Of a stretch of 64,000 nt of DNA, positions 1 to 13,669 are shown piece by piece. The DNA lies in assembly GCA_964016885.1 (NCBI GenBank), contig OZ024743.1:203732001-203796000 (forward strand), written 5' to 3'. The notes under the pieces are model-generated. The model was not told the DNA's origin. It did no database searches and was given only the letters and a program-made list of their open reading frames with translations. Positions within the stretch are counted from its first letter, which is position 1. Each line of letters opens with the position of its first letter. The stretch is from Eledone cirrhosa. Lineage: Eukaryota. The position numbers and the translations under genes are program-made.

Positions 1-414
1 AAACCATTTAATCAGAAGTTCACTATACCCGAGACATACTTATCTAAGTATTCTCCAGTGCGCTAGCCCTATATACTGCACCTGACAATAAACGAGTAAA
101 AGCATAACAACCACTGGCTACAAACCTCTTTATCCAATCGCCCATAAGTTCAGCTTTATGTCTACCGTTGCCTAGGTAACTGCTTTTGCGTGTACCTTCG
201 AAATGTCGGTCAATAACCTCTACGCCAAGTCGTGATCCACAGGTACTCCAGATCTGGTCATACCAAGGTCTTTTGTTTCCATATTTCTAATACAAGACTT
301 TATTATTTTCAAATAATTTTAGAAATAATCAAGAATTTTGAGGGATTAAGAAATATAGCTAACTTTTACATTACTCAGCTGATGTTTGGAGATTAACTTG
401 GCTAAGTTTCTTAC

Positions 415-625
415 ATTCAGTATCGTTAGAGCGTCGGACAACATGCTTTGTGGTATATACTTACGGCCTTTTATATTCTGATTTGAAATCCCACCCCGGT
501 TAGCTTTGCCTTTCATCCTTACAGGGTCGATAAAATAAAGTACATTATTCACTGAGGTTGCTTTAATCGAATTTCCCCTCCACAAAAATGGTTGGGCTTA
601 TGCCAAAAATCAGAAGCCATTATAT
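415..625 (+). mobile_element. tRNA-derived SINE, family A (degenerate copy)
   Basis: Matches other family-A copies in the window: degenerate A/B boxes, core CCTTTCATCCTTACAGGGTCGATAAAATAAAGTAC, tail TTATGCCAAAAATCAGAAGCCATTAT. Confidence 0.8.
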
Positions 626-919
626 CATGACGGGAGGTTTTTAAATAAACATGAATACTATAAAATATCATAGAAGCAGCGGCAGATTCAAGTTTTTTGT
701 ATCAAAAGGAAAGCCAACTCACAATGTCCGGTATTTCTGCAGAAATGGGGACATTAACCTCCAGGAAACGCAAAAATCAGATCATTTTCGCCGTCAGAAT
801 ATCTTAACTTTCAGGTATGAATGAGCGTCTCAGTTGCTCCTCTTTTTAATTTCACACCACCACCACCCATCCAATTTATGTCAGTGCTTCTGTAAGAATA
901 TTTTAATTTGTTACATGTG

Positions 920-1305
920 AGCATAGCTGTGTGGGTAAGGAGATTTCTTCGCAACCACTTGATCTCGGGTTCTGTCCTGCTGCGCAGCGACATGGTTAAC
1001 TGCCTTCTGCTATAACCTCAGGTTGAATAATCCCTTGTAAGTGAAATTTTGTAGAGGGAAACAGTAGAAACTCGTCGAATGTATGTGTGTATGTGTGTGT
1101 GAGCTCGCGTGTCACTGTTTCTATGTTAACGTTCGTGTTTGCGTTTGTATCTCTTTCTTATAACTTAGTGGTTCGACAAAAAGAGATCGATAAAATAAAT
1201 GCCTACCAGCCTTGCAAACATAAGTACTGGGGTTGATATGATCAACTTCAAAGTGATGCTCATTCATGACCGCCGTCTGATTACTGAAACCAGTAAAAAG
1301 AATAC
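920..1305 (+). mobile_element. degenerate SINE-like repeat(s)
   Basis: tRNA-like head (TAGCTGTGTGG...GGTTCTGTCC), internal (GT)n, and GATAAAATAA...GTACTGGGGTTGAT resembling the family-A core. Confidence 0.4.
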
Positions 1306-2384
1306 AAGTGTAAAAGAAAAAAACATATGAACAGACATATGTTTGTGAATGTGTACTTATCGCAGTTACTAAACTAAAGTAAACTAACCAAAAGCTTCCT
1401 AACTTTAGACTAACCAACATACTTCACCGTTCGTCTCAATCGAATAACCCTCTTTTTTCTGCTCGCTCATATTCTCTTTGCACTCGTAACTTCTTCCTTT
1501 CTAAAATTACCTCCCTTTCACTGTTCAACCTCATTTCCGTTTACGACAACGTCGCTCCTTCGAATGAGCAACGACTAATTCTCTGCGATTTGTTGCCATT
1601 CATTTTTGTGAGTCCATTCTGGAATGGTATAAATACGAAGAAAAATATGAATCCCTCGTTGTAAAATCTCCCAATGTTATACGAACATAAGAAACAAAGC
1701 ATCAGATATATTATGAGTTCTGCAAACCCAAACATGATTTATAGTTTCTCGATAGCAAATAAAACACCAGCTGCTAGGGGCTCTGATATTTTCCTCTATT
1801 CACCACAGCCTCTGTCGCTACATATACAATCGCTATAAACATCCAGACTCAACAACAACACTCCAGAATTCTAATTTAGTATCATCCTTCAAACTATGTG
1901 TATATCGAACTCTCCAGAACACTTGCATGCTGCTCTTCATTCTAAGACTTCTGTAGCTCTATTTCAGTCCAGATTGCATACACTAAAAGAACAGCAGCCG
2001 CATCAATAACCTTCCTAGCTCAAGCACTGGGCTGGGTTGCACAGAACGCGAGATCAGAACTGTACAACAACGTCTTCCTTGTCACCACCGGAACTTATAT
2101 CATAAACGAACTATAACAATAACAACAACCACATTACTGCTAATTCTTCCTTAGAGCTAAAAACAAATACTTATATCACATAGACGTACATAATAACAGC
2201 ACAGCCAACAACAAAAATGAGAGTAGTAGCATTACTAATGTTTCTGTAGGGCAAAAACGCAGGCACATCACACAGCAGTAGCGATAACAAAAGCAAAATA
2301 TTACTTGCTAGGCTTTCCGTAAACCTAAAATATAGGGACATCTCATACTGACATACACATATACGCTTATAAACTATAAGTCGA

Positions 2385-2640
2385 TCTCCGACAGGTTTGC
2401 GGTCGAGCTATGGAGCAGTAGAGGCTTCTGGTTTCCTTGGCCCTAGGGCCACCTCCCTACTAACCACCATCGGCACAGAGTTGGCTGCCCGCGACGGGAG
2501 CCTCGCGAGCTGGAATGGCTCTTGCAAAGCGTCTCCCTCACCACACTCCGGGGAAAAACCTTCTCTAATCTGTTCGCCGAGGCTGTGGGCGGCCGGAGTG
2601 GGGGACCCTCATTTGATCATAATAGTGAGATATGGAGAAA
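2385..2640 (+). mobile_element. 3' fragment of an RLE-type (CRE-like) non-LTR retrotransposon
   Basis: With frameshifts translates to GAVEASGFLGPRATSLLTTIGTELAARDG / EPRELEWLLQSVSLTTLRGKTFS, the typical C-terminus of CRE-like RLE domains. Homologous to 6000-6228 (-). Confidence 0.7.
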
Positions 2641-2859
2641 ATCGGAGAGATTGGGAGTTTGGTTCCTTTATGTTCTGACCTGCTGTATTCCTTTACCGCA
2701 CCACATGTTACATACACACACTAGTGCAATACAAAATACCTCCTCTAAATATCCACCTCAGCCAGAGGTACAAAAATCAAACCTCACACAAACTACAAAT
2801 ATAACAAAAGAAACACAAACGATAAAAGACATACATACGAAACGCTCTCTACCCGACAT

Positions 2860-3796
2860 TAACAACAACAGCATCAACAAAAACTGCTACAATAATAATA
2901 TAAACAGCATCAACCGCAATAATAACAGCACAATTAGCTACAAAAAAACAATAACATCAACAATGATAAAAAATCAACAGCAACAACTATAACTATACCA
3001 GCAATAATAAAAATAACAATAACAATAACAACAACAGCACCAAGAATAATAACAGCACAAACTGCAACACAAACAATAAAACAACAATAACAACAGCAGC
3101 AGCACTAACAGTAACAGCAACAACAACAACAACAGCAGCACTAACAGTAACAGCAACGATAACAATAAAAACAACAGCAGCACTAACAGTAACAGCAACA
3201 ACAACAACAACAACAACAGCAGCACTAACAGTAACAGCAACAACAACAACAACGGCAGCACTAACAGTAACAGCAACGATAACAATAACAACAACAGCAG
3301 CACTAACAGTAACAGCAACAACAACAACAACAGCAGCACTAAAAGTAACAGCAACAACAACAACAACAACAACAACAGCAGCACTAACAGCAACAACAAC
3401 AACAACAACAACAGCAGCACTAACAGTAACAGCAACAACAACAACAACAACAACAGCAGCACTAAAAGTAACAGCAACAACAACAACAACAGCAGCACTA
3501 ACAATAACAGCAACAACAACAACAACGGCAGCACTAACAGTAACAGCAACGATAACAACAACAGCAGCATTAACAGTAACAGCAACAACAACAACAACAA
3601 CAACAACAATAAAGCACCATCACCAACAATATCAATATCAACAACACTAACAATAACACCACCACCATCACCAACAACAACATCAACAACATCACCACCA
3701 CCACTTTCAACATCACTAACAACAACAACAACAACAACACCAACAATATCAACAACAACAACTTTCACTACCAAAAACATCATCAACAACATCACC

Positions 3797-3857
<61 letters not shown>

Positions 3858-3978
3858 GCATCACCACCAACAACAACAACATCACCGCCACCAACACCAA
3901 CAACACCAACAACAACAAATCACCACCACCAACAACAACACCAACAACAACAACATCAACAACAACACCAACACCATC

Positions 3979-4016
<38 letters not shown>

Positions 4017-4250
4017 CCTCACCAACAACAACACCACCACCACCAACAACAACAACAACACCACCACCACCAACAACAACAACAACATCACCACCACCAC
4101 CACCAACACCAACAACAACAAATCACCATCACCAACAACATTACTAACAACAATAACAACAACACCATCAACAACAACAACAACACCATCAACACCAACA
4201 ACATCACCAACAACAACAACATCACCACCAACAACAACAACAACATCACC

Positions 4251-4308
<58 letters not shown>

Positions 4309-5085
4309 CCATCACCAACAACATCACCAACAACAACAACATCACCAACAACAACATCACCAACAACAACACCATCACCAACAACAACATCACCATCAAC
4401 AACATCACCACCACCAACAACATCAACAACAACAGCACCACCAACAACAATAACAACACCATCAACACCAACAACATCACCAACAACAACAACACCATCA
4501 ACAACAACAACAACATCACCAACAACAACAACATCACCAACAACAACACCACCACCAACAACACCACCACCACCAACAACAACAACAACATCACCACCAC
4601 CAACACCAACAACACCAACAACAACAAATCACCACCAACAACAACAACACCAACAACAACAACATCAACAACAACACCAACACCATCAACAACAACAACA
4701 ATACCACCACCACCAACAACAACAACAACAACAACATCACCACCAACACCAACAACACCAAAAACAAATCACCACCAACAACAACACCAACAACAACAAC
4801 ATCAACAACAACACCAACACCATCAACAACAACAACAATATCACCACCAACAACAACAACAACAACAACCTCACCAACAACAACACCACCAACAACAACA
4901 ACAACACCACCAACAACAACAACAACATCACCACCACCAACACCAACAACACCAACAACACCAACAACAACAAATCACCACCAACAACAACAACATCAAC
5001 AACAACACCAACATCAACACCATCAACAACAACAACAACATCACCAACAACATCACCAACAACAACAACGACAACGGCAACAACT
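2860..5085. repeat. compound (AAC/CAC/CAT/CAG)n trinucleotide expansion with higher-order units
   Basis: Seen directly. Unit CAGCAGCACTAACAGTAACAG(CAA)n repeats at ~3090-3600, and the marker CAACAAATCACCA recurs 5 times at ~3910-4985. Confidence 0.95.
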
Positions 5086-5454
5086 CGTTAATAAAGTGGT
5101 TATATTTTATTACAATCTGTAGAAAGAAATAGTGTGGACTAATAAAAGACATTATTAAATATTAGTTATTGTTACCGTTTGTTCTAAATGTTATTTTCGC
5201 TTAACAAATCATTCACGATCAGCGGTATTCATCTGGGAGTCATGAATAATTAATGAATCAATGAACTAATTAAGGTCCAATTAATTATTGGATTGGAATG
5301 ATGAAATTGGGAATTGTAACGTTCGTGTAATTTCCCTTTTTATTTTTTTATAATTAATTTTTATACAATTTCTCAAGAAAAATAAAAAACGGCAAGAGGA
5401 GGGAATGGCATGGATTCTAGTATCAATGAAGAATGAGAAGAGAAAGGGGAGGAT

Positions 5455-6228
5455 TATTGGGCTCTGGGCCCAGGGTGCGGTGGTGGAGTTGTTGCGCCCC
5501 GCGGAAACACCGCAAAAGGCATTCCCGCGGACAAGACCGCAAAAGGCATTCCCGCGGACAAGACCGCAAAAGCATTCCCGCGGACAAGACCGCAAAAGCA
5601 TTCCCGCGGACAAGACCGCAAAAGCATTCCTGCGGACAAGATCGCAAAAGCATTCCTGCGGACAAGAACGTAAAAGCATTCCCGCGGACAAGAACGCAAA
5701 AGCATTCCCGCGGGCAAGACCGCAAAAGCATTCCTGCGGACAAGAACGCAAAAGCATTCCCGCGGGCAAGACCGCAAAAGCGTTCTTGCGGACAAGAACG
5801 CAAAAGCCTCCCCGCGGACAAGACCGCAAAATCGTTCTTGCGGACAAGAACGCAAAAGCATCCCCGCGGACAAGACTGCAAAAGCATTCCTGCGGACAAG
5901 AACTGGAAAGCATTCCCGCAGACAAGAACGCAAAATCATTCCCGCAGACAAGACCGCAAAAGCATTCCTGCGGACAAGACCGCAAAAGCATTCCCGCGGA
6001 CAATGGTCAACGACACCCGCTGCCAGAGCCACCACAATTTGCGGGGCTCCTTCCTGAGACGTTCCAATCTTGCGGAGGAGCTCGACTGTACGGGGTCCAA
6101 TTGCACCTGCGGTTTCGTCGGTGACTGGTGCGAAGAGGAAGCGGCCGGACAGGCCCCGGTATTTGTTTATTTTCCGTTCCTCTGCGAGGCGGGCCGAACT
6201 CAAGGACGTTTGAAACGAATTCATAGCT
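5455..6228 (-). mobile_element. 5'-truncated RLE-type (CRE-like) non-LTR retrotransposon
   Basis: Minus strand reads ARLAEERKINKYRGLSGRFLFAPVTDETAGAIGPRTVELLRKIG, then after a frameshift EPRKLWWLWQRVSLTIVRGNAFAVLSAG. The 5' end abuts a (CAA)-rich tract. Confidence 0.75.
5497..6002. repeat. 26-bp GC-rich minisatellite (~19 units)
   Basis: Unit CCGCGGACAAGACCGCAAAAGCATTC repeated in tandem with few substitutions. Confidence 0.95.
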
Positions 6229-6469
6229 GCCGTTGTTGTTGATGCTGTTGATTTTCTTTTTCCTTTTCGTCTTTTTCTTTTTTTTCAACCCCAAAACTAG
6301 CCTCATCAATGGTTCTATGGTTAAGGAATTCTTTAGTATGAACCCTTGAGCTAATTGATAAATTCATCAGAGGAGTATTTGTTCCGGCTCTCTGCGCTCT
6401 GAATTTAAATCTTGTCGAGGTCAGCTTTGATATTCCTCCTTGTGGGACCGTAAGATAAAGTAGCATTCA

Positions 6470-6720
6470 AGGATGGTGGATTATTGGAATTATTTAAGCG
6501 TTGGATGGGATGCCTTGTGGTATATGTTCTGACTGTCTGCGAACTGTGTTCAAATCCCACGTGATTGGACAGGGCCTCGTATCATTAAAACCCCCAAAAC
6601 ACTCATAGAAGGTCGGCTAAACCTGCATAATTTGTCTCTCAACAAGGGGATTCTATGCGGTCATCCGATACTGTAAAAATGGCAGCTAAGTATATCCCTT
6701 TCAAAGTAAATCCTGCCCTC
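6470..6720 (+). mobile_element. degenerate tRNA-derived SINE-like element
   Basis: GGTGGATT head and B-box-like GTGTTCAAATCC; the body differs from family A. Confidence 0.4.
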
Positions 6721-7354
6721 TGGTCGTATTTTAGAGTGGAAAATTACATAGTGCTATCCTAGGCATAACTGCGCATAAGAACATTTGTGACTGTTATAAC
6801 TTGAATATCTTTGATCATAAGTAAGCTTGATGAGGGCCGATTTGGAGCTAAACATCAACACTGCGCAGATATAAATACCTTTATATTGAAACAAATAGTT
6901 CTGTAAACTACGAATCTGAGTATCGTATCGCGCCAATAATACGTATATATACATACTACCTCAGCATATTACTGGTATCTACTAAGTAGATACAAGGTAC
7001 ACACGCACAACTTACATAGTGCCATCAGTCGAAACGTAAACACCATCTTAAAAGGAAAATTAAACACTTCCATATAGAAACAAGTGTTTATGTGGTTGCT
7101 GTCGTCATCGTCTTTGTTGCTGTTTAGTCTCATAGAGAACACTGCTGGTCAAAGGCGTCCCATTTGTGACCACTCCAAACTCTTTTCTAGACATATCCCT
7201 AGGTGTATATTATCCAATATAGATTGCAATTTTATTTTTGGGACAGTAAGGTGTATTTTGATGGAGATTTGTCTGCTATTTCTAGCATGTTCAGTGGTCA
7301 CGTACTAAGCTATTTGCTGGCTCCGCATACCAGTATGTTATAGTTGTGAGGAAT

Positions 7355-7665
7355 ATTGTGGTGGATGACGGTGGTGTTTGTTGTGGTATTGTTGGTGCTG
7401 GTATTGGTGGTGGATGCAGTGGCGAGGGCGTTTGGTGGCGGCAGTATGGCGGCGGTGGTGCTGGTGTTGGTGGTGGATGCAGTGGCGGTGGCGGCGGCAG
7501 CGGCGGTGGTGGTGGAGTTTTGGTGGCGGTCTTTTCGGTGATAAGGGCCCTTCGTTGTTTGTATTGGGCTGAAAGAAGAGGGTGGCTTTCGTGTTCTGTT
7601 GATGTGATAGCGATGATAATGGGTATCACAGATGAAAGTAACGGCAATCATGCCGATGACGACTG

Positions 7666-7739
<74 letters not shown>

Positions 7740-7872
7740 ATGGTGATGATGATGATGATAATGGTGGTGGTGGTGGTGATGGTGGTGGTGGTGGTGATGG
7801 TGGTGGTGGTGGTGGTGGTGGCGGCGGTGGCGGTGGTGACGGTGGTGATGGTGGTGATGGTGGTGACGATGA

Positions 7873-7904
<32 letters not shown>

Positions 7905-7959
7905 AGGAGAACGATGATGATGATGATGACGATGATGATGAGGAGGATAATGGTGGTGG

Positions 7960-7993
<34 letters not shown>

Positions 7994-8230
7994 GGTGAGG
8001 AGAATGATGATGACGACGATGATGATGATGACGATGATGATGATGATGAAAGTGAGAGGCGGTATTCCTCGTCTCCGTCGTGGTGACGCCGGCGATTACT
8101 GAAATAATGATGATTATGATGACGATGATGTTGATGGTGGTGGTGGTGGTGGTGGTGCTGGTGGTGGTGGTGGTGGTGGTAATGATGGTGCTTATTCTGC
8201 TGCAGTGATGGTGTTGGTGGTGGTGCTGGT
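7355..8230. repeat. compound (GGT)n/(GAT)n trinucleotide tract
   Basis: Seen directly; explains the poly-D/G/H/M/V ORFs in all frames. Confidence 0.95.
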
Positions 8231-8538
8231 GGATATATATACTGCTGGGGGTGGGGGTGGGGGGTTTACAATTCATACACATACAAACACGAAAGAAAAC
8301 ACACACCACGCACTCGCACATACATACACAGACATAAAGACAACCACATTCCATACACACACATACACATACAAATAAACAAGCACACACACAAATATAG
8401 TTGCCATTTGGTGCTATTCCACGTTTCGATGGACGCGCACAGTTTCATTCCAACATTCTGTCTTTATAACAGGGATTAATTGAATAAATGGTAGAATGAA
8501 TGAAGAATGAAGATATGTAGGAATGAATTATTACATCA

Positions 8539-8588
<50 letters not shown>

Positions 8589-8807
8589 ACATACATACAT
8601 ACATACATACATACATACATACATACATACATACATACATACATACATGGTGGCTGCCAACTCGTTTTCGAGTACGGCCACTACTTTATATCCATGTAGG
8701 AGAACCCCTACTGATGCGCTAAACGAGTGTGACATACATACATACATACATACATACATACATACATACATACATACATACATACACACACATATATATT
8801 TATATAT

Positions 8808-9088
8808 ATAACGGGGGAGTTGTGGTAAGGAACCAGATGGACCATAACGCACCAGACTACTCAATACTTAGGGTAGTAGAGTGGGTAATAGGAGAAAGTA
8901 TGACCCCGACGGCAGAGGTCAAGCCGTTTCGACGGCTATTTCTGGACTGAAATAGTCCAGAAATAGTCCAGAAATAGCCGTCGAAACGGCTTGATCTCGG
9001 CCGTCGGGTCATACTTTCTCCTATTACCCACTCTACTACCCTAAGTATTGAGTAGTCTGGATCTGGTTCCTTACCACAACTCCTCCGT

Positions 9089-9092
<4 letters not shown>
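8808..9092. mobile_element. ~280-bp fold-back element in (TA)n, probable inverted PLE pseudo-LTR
   Basis: Arms ~8808-8947 and ~8965-9092 are near-perfect reverse complements (one ~17-nt deletion), flanked by (TA)n. A related single arm lies at 15105-15240. Confidence 0.6.
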
Positions 9093-9167
<75 letters not shown>

Positions 9168-9380
9168 GTAAAAGGTAAACAGAAATAGCAACACAATCGG
9201 TACAGTATATAGAAGGAATATATTAGTTTAACGCTTGAAATAGCAGGAAGAGGGTCTTAATGATCAAAAGAAAGAATGAGAAATTAGAAAGATTGAAGGG
9301 ACGGGCGGGGTAGAATTGGAAAAGATGTTTTTAGAGAAAAATAACAGGTCCATTCATGTTTCCATCTCTCTCTCTCTCTC

Positions 9381-9510
<130 letters not shown>

Positions 9511-10166
9511 TATATGTTCTGTGTCTGTGTGTGTTATAAAGGACTGAACTATTGCAGGAATAAATATATATGTATATATAAAATTATAAGAAACGAAGCA
9601 GGCTGTGTGGTTACTGTAAACAAAGTTTAAGATGGTAATATTGATAAACAAGAGAAGAAACCCTTCATCAGCTGTTAACTGCAGATCATAGATGTTTCGG
9701 CGCTTAAAACAGGACATCGAAATCGATCAGCAGATATATATATATATCATATAACTAATTAATTATTATTTAGAAGACTGATGGATTAATATTAACATTA
9801 AGGAATAAATTCATTTCTGTAGTTTGTTTATAGGAAACACGTATATAGTGGCCCCACGAGAGGGAAAGGTACTTTCAATGCGTCTCCGTCGCTCTCCTCC
9901 GGTGTAACAGTTTCTTTATTCTGTTCGCTGGGACGATAAAGCAACGTATACCTGGGGTTCTATGTATCGGAGAGGCAGAGTGGATGAAAGGGGTGGAGCC
10001 GCATGACAACCATTCGTTAACTGGATCTGGCTGTTTCTGTTGGTCACTATATATACACCCACCCACGTGCATACACTAAAAATCAAAGTTATCGAACAAA
10101 TATAAAAAAGAAAGAAAGAAACACAGACAGAAAAAGAAAGAAAAAGAAAGACAGAAAAAGAAAGAG

Positions 10167-10208
<42 letters not shown>

Positions 10209-10372
10209 TAAACGAGTATTAAAATTAAAGAACAATGTTAATTGTTCGAGAATAAAAGAATACAGGTATAAAATTAACGAAGGAATAAAATATAGAAATT
10301 TCTTCGTATGTTTTATTGAAGGAATGAGAGGACATTGACTATGACCGTTGCAGGACATGTGAGACTTGTGCC

Positions 10373-10415
<43 letters not shown>

Positions 10416-10449
10416 ATAAGTTGACGGACCTAGCATAGGTATATATATA

Positions 10450-11740
10450 TATATATAGTCTCCATCTGTATTAAGACAGTATATCCAATGCTTACATCCA
10501 GTTGCTGTCTGAAGACAATATATCCTGTCCATGTATAAAGACAATGTTTCCAGTTCTTGTTTTAAAACATTGGTTATTCTTTGTATTAAGAAAATATATC
10601 CTGTCTTTGTATTCAGAGAATGTATCCAATCTATAGTATTAATGCCAAGTCTAACCCTTGTATTAAAATATTTCATTCAGTCCTTGTATCAAAACATTGT
10701 TTAGTCCTTGTATTACGACACTCTCCTCTTTTTGTATTAAAACAATATACCTAGTCTTTGTATTGAGATATTGCCCATTTCCTATATTAAGACAATGTAT
10801 CTAGTCTTTACTTTAAGACAATGTTTTTTAATTATTGTATTGCGGCATTGTCTAGCTCATGTATTAATGCATCTTCTAGAGCTTGCATTAATAGACGGTA
10901 GTTTTATTAAGATATTTTATCCAGTTCTTATATTTAAATATTGCCCAATATTTATGTATAGGCAATGTATGCACTCCTTGTATTAAAATATTGTTCAATA
11001 CCCGTATTAAAACAATATACCAAATCCATGCTTTAAGATAATCTGGCCAGCCCTTGTATTGAGATAATGTGTCCATTCCTTGTATTAAAACATTGTCCAA
11101 TCCTTATCGTATGCCTATAGCACGCCACTGCTTGGCTCCCGTATTAAGACAATATATCCATTCCTTGAGTTAAGATATTGTCTAGTCCCTCTATTAAAGA
11201 CAATATCATAAGGGTGCATATAGTACTAACTTGACTGATAGACATTATTAGAAGTAGCACTAACATAGCTATGTCACTGCTACCTCTAAAGACAATAAAC
11301 CCACTCCTTTATGTTGATATTGTCTAGTCTCTGTATTAAAGACGATCTATCCATTCCCTGTGTTAAGATATTATCTAGTCTCTATATTAAGATAATATAT
11401 CCAGCCATTGAATTAAGACATTATGTAGCTCCAATCTACTAAGAATATATATCCACACCTTGTGTTAAGATATTGTCTAATCTCTGTATTAAGACAATAT
11501 ATTGTGTAAGGTAATATATTGTCTAGTCTCTGTATTAAAGACAATATATTGTGTAAGATATTGTCTAGTCTCTATATTAAGGCAATGAATTCATTCCTCG
11601 TGTTAAGGTAATGTATCCATTCATTGCATTACGTCGTAGTTCTGTTGTATGAAGACATTTTTCAGTACCTGTATTCAGACACTGTCTAGTTGTTTTGTAT
11701 TAAGGCATTGATCAGTCCTTTGTATCAAGACAAATCATTT
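10450..11740. repeat. degenerate ~25-bp minisatellite with two alternating unit types
   Basis: Recurrent GTATTAAGACAATATATCCAxTCCTT and GTATTAAGATATTGTCTAGTCTCT over ~1.3 kb. Confidence 0.8.
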
Positions 11741-11769
11741 AGTATTTGCTTTACATTAAGTAAGGGTCA

Positions 11770-12130
11770 AAGCAAATATTCAGATTGAACTTCTTTAAAT
11801 CGATGTGGTCAGGAAAATTGTGGTAGTAAATTCAAAAGAGTTGATTCTCTATGGATGAAGGATTGAACAAGTGTGGTTAGTATAGAGCATGAGATTGAAA
11901 CAGAGCAAGAAATTGGTTAATTCCCTTGATATTTGAAATCCCTATAAGACAAGTAAGTTTGATACGGTTGATGTTGGACATAACGGACGTGTGTAGGAAA
12001 ACGTTGGGTGGAGAGTGAATTCCTGAATATTGATTTCCTGGTGAACGACAATTAGATATTTGTTTAGTGTGAGGTCAGTCCGATGAGATACAGTACGGGT
12101 GTTGAGGAAAATGTTTTGGGTGGAATTTGG
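11770..12130 (-). pseudogene. possible highly decayed PLE linker/GIY-YIG remnant
   Basis: Fragmentary minus-strand translation (TFSYTRPLCPT ... IHRESTLL ... QFS*PH) loosely resembles a PLE linker and endonuclease; many stops. Confidence 0.25.
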
Positions 12131-12444
12131 TGGAGATGCTATAGAACTAGCTAGAAATATGTTATAAAGATTATGTTTATATTGTCTGTTGTCTGTATTA
12201 AGATAAGGACTGCGGTATGTGTAATACGTCGATATCTAGAAGTATTTTAAAACAGCATCATAGCATAATACAAATGAACAAACCAAATAAAGAAATCATG
12301 GAATAGAATTAACGAATATTAAAGGAATAGAGAACAAGGATAAAGGAATGTTAATGGAATGAAAGAATAGATTAAAGGAACAAGTAACGAAACGAAAGAG
12401 TAATGTAAAGGCTTAAATTAAAAAAAAACGTAGGAATTTTTTTA

Positions 12445-12730
12445 TTCTTATTCCTGAGAGGGATATGGGGGCAGAGTCATCAAACACTCCTTCCAGCAGG
12501 TATGTCAGAAGCAACCGTCTCCAACTGATCCGGGTTAATCCCCAAGCATGACCAGCCAAACTCGTGGATGTTATCCGACAATCTTGTTGGTTTCGTCCGT
12601 AAAATCTGTCCAGCGATTCTTTCCTAAGACCTTCTAACCACATGACCATAGTATCGGAGTTTGATCTCTCAATTCGGAGACGTCGCGGCTCTACCTGGAG
12701 TGACTCTCTGATCTCCGAGTTACACGCTCT
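12445..12730 (-). mobile_element. 3' fragment of an RTE-clade LINE
   Basis: Minus strand LSDNIHEFGWSCLGINPDQLETVASD resembles the RTE (Expander/Rex3-like) C-terminus; short repeat tail follows. Confidence 0.6.
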
Positions 12731-13170
12731 AAATAGGAATCGAATAAAAGAATTAGAATGGAATGAAGAAATAAAATAATAAAATAGTTATTAGTATGAA
12801 GGTATAGAATAAACCATTGAATTAACACTATAGAAAAAATTAGCAAGTGGAAGAATGATTTAAATAAATAAAGGACTGCCATAATGTAGGAATAAATAAA
12901 TATAAGAAGAAAAGGAATATATATTTTTTATACAAAAAGAAGAATAAAAGAATAGATAGCAGAATAAAGGTCCATATATAAGCAATACAAGTGTAAAGAA
13001 ATATAAGCATACGAATTATATAAACAGTAGGAATAACTAACGAAAATACTACATATAAGAATGTAGGTACGAAGGAATGATGGTATACAAGAATATTAAC
13101 AAATAAGATGATAGATAACAGATTTTTCTAACGTAAGCTTACAATTATATATTTAAGGGAAATAATAAAG

Positions 13171-13201
<31 letters not shown>

Positions 13202-13408
13202 TGTATGTATGTATGTATGTATGTATGTATGTATGTATGTATGTATATACGTACGTACGGATGGATGGATGGATGCATGTATGTGAGCGTATGGTTGTGT
13301 GAATGCGTCCGTGTGTGAAGCTATCTATGCATACATATATACAGACAGCCAAAACGCATGGTCACTCACACGTATGCACATACGCAGGCGCACATGTATA
13401 TATATTCA

Positions 13409-13443
<35 letters not shown>

Positions 13444-13464
13444 GTATATATATATATGTATATA

Positions 13465-13509
<45 letters not shown>

Positions 13510-13669
13510 ATATATATGTATATATATATGTGTGTATATATACAGATATATAATATATATATATATATGTATATATATAAATAAATATACATATATATAT
13601 ACATACATGTATATATACATATATATAATACATACATATATATATACATATATATAATACATACATAGA

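Noticed and set aside
1-290. Possible CR1/L2-type RT remnant on the minus strand (VEVI...WIKRF)
   Set aside because: Too degenerate to support without a profile search.
2974-5152. Long poly-Leu/Val ORFs resembling membrane proteins
   Set aside because: They are translations of (TTG/GTG)n microsatellites; no complexity or splice evidence.
5281-6242. Overlapping Cys/Arg-rich repeat proteins or a CRISPR-like array
   Set aside because: A 26-bp tandem unit without unique spacers; the ORFs are artefacts of a stop-free unit.
7291-8390. Poly-Asp/Gly/His/Met ORFs
   Set aside because: Trinucleotide repeats open in all frames; no support for coding.
10450-11740. CRISPR-like periodic repeat
   Set aside because: Eukaryotic context, degenerate contiguous units, no unique spacers and no cas genes.
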